From Thermoanaerobaculia bacterium (GTDB taxonomy: Bacteria > Acidobacteriota > Thermoanaerobaculia > UBA5066), in contig CAWFJJ010000030.1 in the NCBI GenBank assembly GCA_963816185.1, forward strand, positions 384,001 to 448,000: DNA of 64,000 nucleotides. The letters run 5' to 3'. The position numbers were made by a program, and so were the translations under genes. The notes beneath the pieces are model-generated. The model was given only the letters and a program-made list of their open reading frames with translations. It was not told the DNA's origin and searched no databases. Positions 17,950 through 26,800 of this stretch are shown here, in pieces (position 1 is the stretch's first letter; each line of letters starts with the position of its first letter).

Positions 17950-19733
17950 TTCACCTCTCCCGTTCGTCTCGGCAGGGCGACCTGAAACATGGCCCCGGCG
18001 CCCGGACGACTTTCGACACCGATCCGCCCCCCGTGCGCCTCGACGATCTCGCGCGTGATCCACAGCCCGAGGCCCATCCCCGGGTAGGTCTCGCGCGAAA
18101 CGGCGCGCTCGAACCTTCCGAAGATCCGACGCTGGTCCGCGTCGTGGATTCCGATCCCGTGGTCCCTGACGAAAACGAAGGCCTCGTCTCCGACGGACGT
18201 CACGCGGACCTCGACCGGCTCGCCGGCGCCGAACTTCAACGCGTTCGTGAGGAGGTTCGAGAAAACCTGCTCCAGCCGGAGGCGATCCCAGAACCCGCTC
18301 ACGCTGCCCGGCGCGTCGACCACGAGTTTGCAACCGGCGCGCCGGGCGCTCTCCTCGAGCCGTTCCACGAGGTCGCGGGCGAGGAGCGCGAGATCCATCT
18401 CCTCGGGGTCGAGGTGCAGGCTGCCCGCCGAGATACGCGAAACGTCCAGCAGCTCGTCGGCGAGCCGGATGAGCCGGGCGACCTGCTTCTCGCAACGCGA
18501 CGCCAGGTCGACCGCCTTCTCGTTCCCGAGCGCCCGGACCTGCCGCGCGAGCTGGTAGACGATCAGGTTCAGGGCCGACAGCGGAGTCCGGATCTCGTGA
18601 CCGGCAACGGAGAGAAAGGCGTCGCGCGCCTTCACGGCGTCACGCGCCTCTTCGTAGAGGCGGTTGCGCTCGGTCTCCAGCCGCTTGAGCTCCGAGAGGT
18701 CCACGACGAAGGACGCGCGCACGGGGACGTGTCCGCCCAGGTCCACGTTCGTCGAGCCGAAAAGGACGGGGACGCGCGTCCCGTCGGTCCGCAGGAGCTC
18801 CTTCTGGTAGGGAGGGCAGGTGCCGGTCTCGCGCAGCGCCTTGTCACAGTTCTCGTCGAGCTCCTTGTACTCGGGCGCCGTGAAGCCGAAGAGTCGATGT
18901 TCGTGCGGCCTCCAGTTTTCGCGGTCGATCCCCACGATCGACAGAAACGCGCCGTTCGCGTCCGTGACGTGCCCGTCGTCCGAGAACAGGACGCCGATCA
19001 GGTTCGCGTCAATGAGGCGTCGGATGCGCGCCTCGCGTTCACGGATCGCCGCCTCGGCGCTGTTGCGCCGTGCGAGGTCGGCGCGGATGAGATACCAGAT
19101 GAGGATCAGGAAGCCGAACAGGAGGCCGCAGCCGATCCCGAGCGTCGTCAAGAGGGTCCGTGCCGTCTCGCTCGAGCGCCGGTCGCGGACCGCGAGAAGC
19201 GCTCGCTCTTCGGCCTTCATCTCGGTGATGAGCTGCCGAATCGCGTCCATCGACCTCTTCCCGACCCCGGTTTTCAGGTACGCGCGCGCCTCGTCTTCAT
19301 GGCCACGCTGCGCCATCTCGATCGTCCGGCTCATCTCGAGGAGCCGGTCTTCCGTCAGGTATCGAAGCTGCGAGGCGCGCGTCCGCTGCGCGGGGCTGTC
19401 GGCCGTGAGCGCGGCGATACGCTCGAGCCGCCGCGGAAGCTCGGAGACGGCGGCCCGGTAGGGGTCGAGGTACGAGTCCGAGCCCGTCAGGAGGAAACCC
19501 CTCTGGCTCGCCTCGCCGTCCTTGATGGCGGAGAACGCCCCCTCGAGCTCGCCGATGACGTCCTTGGTATGGTCCACGAGGCGGGCGTCCTCGATCAGAC
19601 GCGACGTGTTCACCCAGGTCACGGAAACGAGCAGCACGAGAGCCCCGAACGTCACGGCGATGGCGGCCGCGAGACGGGTGTCCATCCCGTGCGGCCGCCA
19701 CCGCGCGCCACTTCCTGTCGTTTCAACGCCCAT
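17946..19733 (-). CDS. CHASE3-PAS sensor histidine kinase
   Basis: TM-CHASE3 (DGEASQRGFLLTG)-TM, PAS, HEIRTPL, NLLTNALKF, DHGIGI, GMGLGL. The start could be 19685. Confidence 0.93.
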   Translation of the reverse strand: MGVETTGSGARWRPHGMDTRLAAAIAVTFGALVLLVSVTWVNTSRLIEDARLVDHTKDVIGELEGAFSAIKDGEASQRGFLLTGSDSYLDPYRAAVSELPRRLERIAALTADSPAQRTRASQLRYLTEDRLLEMSRTIEMAQRGHEDEARAYLKTGVGKRSMDAIRQLITEMKAEERALLAVRDRRSSETARTLLTTLGIGCGLLFGFLILIWYLIRADLARRNSAEAAIREREARIRRLIDANLIGVLFSDDGHVTDANGAFLSIVGIDRENWRPHEHRLFGFTAPEYKELDENCDKALRETGTCPPYQKELLRTDGTRVPVLFGSTNVDLGGHVPVRASFVVDLSELKRLETERNRLYEEARDAVKARDAFLSVAGHEIRTPLSALNLIVYQLARQVRALGNEKAVDLASRCEKQVARLIRLADELLDVSRISAGSLHLDPEEMDLALLARDLVERLEESARRAGCKLVVDAPGSVSGFWDRLRLEQVFSNLLTNALKFGAGEPVEVRVTSVGDEAFVFVRDHGIGIHDADQRRIFGRFERAVSRETYPGMGLGLWITREIVEAHGGRIGVESRPGAGAMFQVALPRRTGEVK

Positions 19734-19743
19734 CGCAGAAATT

Positions 19744-20769
19744 TCAGGCCGCGGCGTAGCCGCCCTGGGGAACCGCTTTCGGCCCGCGCTCGGAGCGGAT
19801 CGTCCGACTGAACAGCGAGAGCTTGCGGTCGAAGACGAAGCGCAGCAGCAGTCGAGTCCACGAGCGGTGGGACGAGAGGGCGTCGTACACCTCGGGCACG
19901 GCGCGTCGAACGGCCGGCAGCCGGTTCCACGGAACGGACGGAAAGTCGTGGTGCTCGTTATGGTGGCCGACGTTGAGCGCGATGATGTTCAGCGGCCCGT
20001 AGTAGCTCGACGTCTCCTGCCCTTCGAACACGAGGTAGTGCTCCTGGATCCAGCGCGCTCCGAGCGGGTGCAGGCCGACGGAGAAGAAGAACGAAACTGC
20101 GAGGTAGAGGAAAGCCTTCGGCCCGAGCAGCGTCCACACGGCGACGTCGTAGGCGATTTGCGCGGCGACGTTCGCGAACACCCAGGGCCCGAGGAGAGGG
20201 ATCTCGCCGAGGCGCGGCGGGCGCGTGAGCTGAAAGATCGGAAAAAGGAGGAGCCAGAGCGCTTTTCTGAGCGCGGAGTGTCCGACGAGCCGCGCTTCCC
20301 AGCGGCTCGGGATGTCCGCGTCCAGCTCGTAGACGCCCTGAAACGCGTGGTGCTTCAGGTGGTACGTCTGGAACGAGATCGCGCTCGGCAGGACGTGCGG
20401 GAAATTCGCGACGATCGCGGCGATCCGGTTCCAGGGCGCGCGCCGGAACACGAGATTGTGAGAGCACTCGTGGATGAGCACCCAGAGGGTGTGATCCAGA
20501 AAAGCGCCGACGAGGAACGCGGCGGCGAGCGCGGCCCAGACCGGCACGCGAAACATGAGCCCCGCGAGAAAGGTTTGCAACAGGACGAGACCGATCACGA
20601 GAAGAGCGCTCCACGCATTTCGTCCGGCGAGCGACCGGATCTCCGCGTGCCGACGGAGAATCTCGCGGGCCCGGAGTGCGTGCGGCTCACGCTCGTTGGA
20701 GAAGAGGAAATCCTCTTGCTCGGGCGTCTGGGTCGCCGGGATGGTCGTCGGCTCCGGAAGGAATGTCAC
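19744..20769 (-). CDS. Membrane desaturase, sphingolipid delta(4)-desaturase (DEGS/DES1)-like
   Basis: N-terminal EPHALRAREILRRH; His boxes HECSH, HLKHH, HNEHHDFP; GLHPLGARWIQEHY; SYYGPLN. GTG 20769 with SD GGAG. Confidence 0.85.
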   Translation of the reverse strand: MTFLPEPTTIPATQTPEQEDFLFSNEREPHALRAREILRRHAEIRSLAGRNAWSALLVIGLVLLQTFLAGLMFRVPVWAALAAAFLVGAFLDHTLWVLIHECSHNLVFRRAPWNRIAAIVANFPHVLPSAISFQTYHLKHHAFQGVYELDADIPSRWEARLVGHSALRKALWLLLFPIFQLTRPPRLGEIPLLGPWVFANVAAQIAYDVAVWTLLGPKAFLYLAVSFFFSVGLHPLGARWIQEHYLVFEGQETSSYYGPLNIIALNVGHHNEHHDFPSVPWNRLPAVRRAVPEVYDALSSHRSWTRLLLRFVFDRKLSLFSRTIRSERGPKAVPQGGYAAA

Positions 20770-20845
20770 GAATCTCCAACGAGTATCGCCGATTCCCTTT
20801 CCGGATTGAAACTTTTCCAATCTCGAAGCGCTCCGGAGGCCGCGG

Positions 20846-20886
20846 CGCAATGTCGATGCCCGCCCGGACGTGGCGTAGAGCTTGCG
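20846..20886. promoter_or_regulatory. Back-to-back divergent sigma54 promoters
   Basis: Minus strand GGGCATCGACATTGCG (20846-20861, desaturase operon) and plus strand TGGCGTAGAGCTTGCG (20871-20886, glucan synthase). Confidence 0.65.
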
Positions 20887-20899
20887 ACGGACCGAAGGG

Positions 20900-23800
20900 A
20901 TGCTTGGTGAGCGCCGGCGCGGTCCCTTGGGGGAATTTCTGCCTCTCGAACGCCTCGAGGAACGTGCCCGCGCGCTCGGCGCCGCTTGGACCGTGGCGCC
21001 TCGAGGCGGCGGACGTCACGTGCTCTCACGCCTCGACGAGAACCTTCCGGTGCTCCGCCGCGCGTACCGCGTCCTCGCCTCGGACGTGCGGGCGGGCGAA
21101 GCGGTCACGCCGGCCGTCGCGTGGCTCCTCGACAATTTCCACCTCCTCGAGGCGGAGGTACGGGGCGCCCGGCACGACCTTCCGCGTGCGTACAACCGCA
21201 AGCTTCCGCGTCTCGTCGGGGCGGAGCACGGAGGAGCGGCGCGCATCGAAGCGCTCGCGTGGGACATCGTGGCGCAGAGCGACGCCCGCCTGGACGCGAT
21301 TTGGCTCGAGCGGTTCCTCGCCGCGTTCCAGACGGTCACCCCCCTCACGCTCGCCGAGCTCTGGGCCTGGCCGAGCTTCCTGCGCGCCGCTCTCGTCGAC
21401 CATTTGCGCGTTCTCTCGGACGATCTCCTCGAGATCCGCGCCGAGAGACTCCGGGCGGACGCCCTCCTCGCGCGCGATCCATCCGCGCGCCCGCTCCTCC
21501 CCGACCCTCCGCCGCCGGCGTTCGCAACACGTGTCCTCCAGCGCGCGCGGGAGTATGGAGCGAGCGCCGGTGGGCTCGTCGCGGCCCTTGCCGATCGGCT
21601 CGGCGCGACCGGGCAGACCCTCGAGGACGCGGTCCGCGCGGAAAACCAGCGACAGGCGGCCCTGCAGGTGTCGATCGCGAACGCGGTTTCCGCGCTGAGG
21701 CTCTGCGAAACGCTCGACTGGGGCCAATTCGTGGAACGCGTGAGCCTGGTCGACGAGGCGCTCCGGTACGACCCGGGCGGCGTCTATGGCCGCATGGATT
21801 TTTCGACCCGGGATCGCTATCGACACGCGATCGAAAAGCTCGCGCCCCGGAGCGGGGAGGATCAGGTTCGCGTCGCCCGGCGGGCCGCGGCCCGCGCTCG
21901 GGAGGCGCCGCCCGAAGCAGGTCCCCGGGTGGCGCACGTCGGATGGTTTCTCGTCGGGCCGGGCCGCCCCGAGTTCGAGAAAGACGTCGGACAGCGGCGC
22001 GGACCGATCGCGCGGATCCGGCGATCTTTCTTCCGGCATGCGGCGCCTCTCTACCTCGGCTGCATCTTCGTCCTGACGGCGGCAGGCCTTGTGGCCGTCT
22101 CGGCCTACGCGCGCGCCGCCGGCGTCGCGCCCGGAGTCGAGATGTGGGCCTTCGCGCTCGCGGCTCTGCCCATCTCCGAGATCGCCGTGTTTCTCGTTCA
22201 GCGATTCGTCGACGCGCTGATCCCGCCCCGCCGCCTCCCCCGGCTCGACTTCTCGACCGGCGTACCCGAAAGCGCCCGGACGCTCGTCGTCTTCCCGACG
22301 CTGTTCGAAGGGGTGGCGGCCGTCGAGCCCATGCTTCGCCATCTCGAGGTCCAGGCGCTCGCCAATCCGGACCTCCACGTGCACTTCGCGCTCCTCTCCG
22401 ATTTCGCCGACGCGGTCGATGCGACCCGGCCGGACGACGACGCGATCCTCGCTGCGGCCTCGCGCGGGATCGCGGCGCTGAACGCCGCGCACGGAACGGA
22501 ACGCTTCTTTCTCTTCCATCGCGTGCGGCGCTGGAACGCGTCCGAGGGGCTGTGGATGGGCTGGGAGAGAAAGCGGGGGAAGCTCGAGGAGCTGAACCGA
22601 CTGCTGCGCGGAGCGACGGACACGAGCTTCGGCCTGCAGGTCGGAGATCTTTCGATCCTGCCTTCCGTGCGTTACGTCCTCACGCTGGACAGCGACACGC
22701 GCCTTCCGCGCGATACGGCGCGCACGCTCGTCGGCATCCTCGAGCATCCGCTGAACCGGCCACGTCTCGACCCCGCGATCCGGCGCGTAACCGAGGGCTA
22801 CGGGATCCTCCAGCCGCGCGTGAGCATCGCGACGACGAGCGCCGCGTCGTCCCGGTTCGCGCGCGTCTTCTCCGGCCACACCGGCGTCGACCCGTATACG
22901 ACCGCGGTCTCGGACACCTATCAGGATCTCTTCGGCGAAGGCGTGTTCGCCGGCAAAGGCCTCTACGACGTCGACGCCTTCCAGACGGCTCTCGAAGGCC
23001 GCGTGCCGGAGAACTCCCTCCTCTCGCACGACCTGTTCGAGGGTCTTTACGCACGCACCGCGCTCGTGACCGACGTCGAAGTCGTCGACGACTATCCGAG
23101 CAATGTCCTCGCGCACGCGCGGCGCCAGCACCGCTGGGTGCGGGGCGACTGGCAGATCCTGCGATGGCTGCTTCCGCTCGTCCCGACGCGGCTCGGGCTG
23201 GAGCGCAACCGCCTGCCGCTCATCGCGCAATGGAAGATCCTCGACAACCTCCGGCGAAGCCTCCTGCCGCCGGCGCTCCTCGCGCTCTTCGCCGCGGGCC
23301 TCACCCTCTTGCCAGGCAATCCTCTCGTGTGGGTGCTTCTCGCCTCCTCGGTGCTGGCGCTTCCGCTCGTCGGCGTCCTGCGTTCCCTCGCGGCGGGTCC
23401 CCGCCCGCAGCAGCCGTCGCTTTCCTTCGTGCGAGAGCTCTTCGGGGATCTCGAAACCGCAGCCGCCCAGACGCTCGTCGGCTTCGCGTTCCTCCCCCAC
23501 TACGCATTCGAGTCCGTTCACGCGATCGTCCTGACGCTCGTGCGCCTCGTCGTCACGGGGCGGCGGCTCCTCGAATGGGAGACCTTCGCGAAGGCTGCGG
23601 CGCGTGCCGCCGGCCTTCTCGCCGCCGGAGGGCCGCGCTCGTTCTTCGTCGAGATGGCCTCGAGCCCGCTCGCGGCGGCGCTGCTCGCGCTCCTCGTAGC
23701 CGCCATGAGGCCATCCGCTCTCCCCCTGGCCGCGCCCCTGCTCGTCTTGTGGGCTCTCAGTCCCATTCTCGCGTGGTGGCTCAGCCACGCGGCGCCGTTC

Positions 23801-26800
23801 GGGCGCGAGGCGCTCTCGGCCGGCGACCGGGACTTCCTCCTCAGCACGGCGCGGAAGACGTGGCGGTACTTCGAGGAGCTCGTGCAGGAGGACGCGAACG
23901 GCCTCGCTCCGGACAATCTCGCCGTATCGCGGGACGGGGGCTCTCCGCTGATCGCGCCGCGCACCTCCCCCACGAACATCGGCCTCGCGCTTCTCGCGGA
24001 CCTCGCCGCTCACGACTTCGGCTGGCTCGAGACGGACGCCCTCCTCGCGCGACTCGACCGGACGCTCCGCACCGTCGAGGGCCTCGAGCGCTGGAGAGGG
24101 CATCTTCTCAACTGGTACGACACGCGGACTCTCGAGCCGCACGAGCCGCGATACGTCTCGACGGTCGACAGCGGCAATTTCGCTGCGTGCCTCCTCGTGC
24201 TCGCCCAGGGGCTTCGCGAGATGCGGGCCGACGGCGATCTCTTGCGGGCGCAGGATCTCGCGCGGCGCGCCCGGTCTCTGGCCGACGTAATGGACTTTCG
24301 CCCGCTCTACGACGCCTCGCGCGGGCTTTTCGTGACCGGATGCCGCCCCGGCGTCCACGACACCGTGAAGCGCGACGAGACGTTCTACGACCTTCTCGCC
24401 TCGGAGGCGCGCCTCGCGAGCTTCCTGGCCATCGCCAAGGGCGACGTGCCTCAGAGCCACTGGTTCCGGCTCGGCAGACTCGCCGTGACCCTCCACGGGA
24501 TTCCGACGCTCCTGTCGTGGAGCGGCTCGATGTTCGAGTACCTCATGCCGCTCCTCTTCACGCGGACGTACCCGCAAACTCTTCTCGACGCGTCGTGCCG
24601 CATGGCGATCCGGCGCCAGGAGGAGTGGGGGCGCGCGCACGGCGTGCCGTGGGGAGCTTCCGAATCGGCATATCGCGTCACGGACCTCGTGGGCGAGCAC
24701 CAGTACCGGGCCTTCGGCGTCCCCGGCCTCGGCTTTCGCCGGGGCCTCGACGAAGACCTCGTCGTGGCGCCTTACGCGTCCGCTCTCGCCGCGCTTCTCG
24801 CGCCCGCCAAGGCGGTGAAGAACCTGCGCGCCTTCGCGGCGGCGGGAGCAGAAGGCCCATGGGGCTTCTGGGACGCGCTCGACTACACGGAGGGAGACGC
24901 GCCTGCCGAGCCGGACGCTCTCCCGCGCACCACGGATGGGCGCGGCGTCATCGTGCGCACGGCTTTCGCACACCACGAGGGAATGAGCCTCGTCGCGTTC
25001 GCGAATGTTCTCCTCGGCGACGTAATGGTGAGGCGCTTTCACGCGGATCCGCGGGTGCGCGCCACCGAGCTCCTCCTCCAGGAGCGCCCGCCCCGCGAAG
25101 CGCCGGTGCCTCAGCCGCGCCCCACGGAAGACGAAGTGCTTCCGCTGCCGGCGTCGCCGGCCGCGGCTCCGCGCCTTCTGCGCTCTCCGCACCAGCCTTT
25201 CCCGGTCACGCAGTACCTGTCCAACGGCACGCTCGTCTCGGCAATCACGCAGGCAGGTGGAGGTGCGAGCTTCTGGCGCGGTCTGTCGGTGGCCCGCCAC
25301 CGCGAGGACCCGACCTCGGATCCGGTCTCCAACGCTCTCTATCTCCGCGACGTGCGAAGCGGCGCCGTCTGGTCCGCCACGTTCGCGCCCACGCGGCGCG
25401 AGCCCGAGCTCTATCGGGCGACGTTCCTTCCCGAGCTCGCCTCGTTCCGGCGGCGCGACGCGGAGATCGAGTCGTTGCTCGAGGTCGCGGTGTCGCCAGA
25501 AGACGACGTCGAGGTCCGCCGCCTGACGCTCACGAACCTCAGCGACACGACACGCGAGATCGAGGCCACGAGCGCCGTCGAGATCGCGCTCGCCAAGCCG
25601 CAGGACGACGTCGCGCATCCCGCCTTCGGGAAGCTCTTCCTCGAGACCGAGGCGGTCCCCGCGGACGCGGCGCTTCTCTGCACCCGGCGCCCGCGGACGG
25701 CAGGCGAGAAGCCGCTCTTTGCGGTCCACGTCCTCGCGGCCGCGGCACGCGTGCAGGGGCCTCTCGAGTGGGAAACCGACCGTGTGCGCTTCTTCGGGCG
25801 AGGGCGCGACGCGTCGGACCCGGAGGCGATGGAGCGCCGGGCGCTCTCGGGAACGACCGGGACGGTGCTCGAGCCGATCCTCAGCCTGAGGCAGCGCGTG
25901 CGACTTGCGCCGGGCGCGATCGCGCGTTTGACGTTCACGACGGGCGTCGCGGACACGCGCGGGGCCGCGCTCGCCCTCGCGCAGAAGTATCACGACCCGT
26001 CCGCGGCGGTGCGCGCCTTCGCGCTCGCGCGGACTCACGCGCAGGTCGCGGTCCGGCATCTCGGGCTGACGCCGGAGGAGGCGCACCTCTTCGAAAGGCT
26101 CGCGTCGAGAGTCCTCGGCTCGGATCGCACGCTCGCCGCGCCTCCCGCCGTGCACGAGGCGAACACGCTCGACGTGTCGGCTCTCTGGCGCCGCGGGATC
26201 TCGGGCGACCTGCCCCTCCTCGCCGTGCGCATCGAGCGCGCCCAGGATCTCGCTTTGGCGCGACAGGCGCTCGAAGCACAGGAATACTGGCGGCTCAAAG
26301 GCCTCGTGGCGGACCTGATCCTGCTGAACGAGCACGAGGAGGGGTACCGCAAGGAGCTTCACGACCTTCTCACCCTTCTTGTCGAGCGCGGCCCCTGGGC
26401 TTCACGCGCCGGCAAGAGCGGCGGGGTCTTCCTCCTCAGAGCGGATCTCCTGAGCCCGGACGATCACCGCGCGCTCCTCGCATATGCGCGCGCGGTCCTC
26501 CGCGGGGAGGACGGCAGCCTCGCGATGCAGCTCGACCGCGCCGCGCCCTTTGTGCCGGAAGCGCCCCCGCCCCCCGCCGCCCGCCCGCGGGCCGTTCTGG
26601 AGGCAGAAAGGCCGCCGTCCGGGCTGAAGATGGCAAACGGCTTCGGGGGGTTCGGAGAGGGCGGCCGCACGTACGAGATCGTGCTCGAGGGAGCCCGCGA
26701 GACGCCTCTCCCCTGGACGAACGTTCTCGCGAACCCCCGCTTCGGCTCCCTCGTGACGGCCTCCGGCGCCGCGACGACCTGGTCCGAGAACAGCCGCGAG

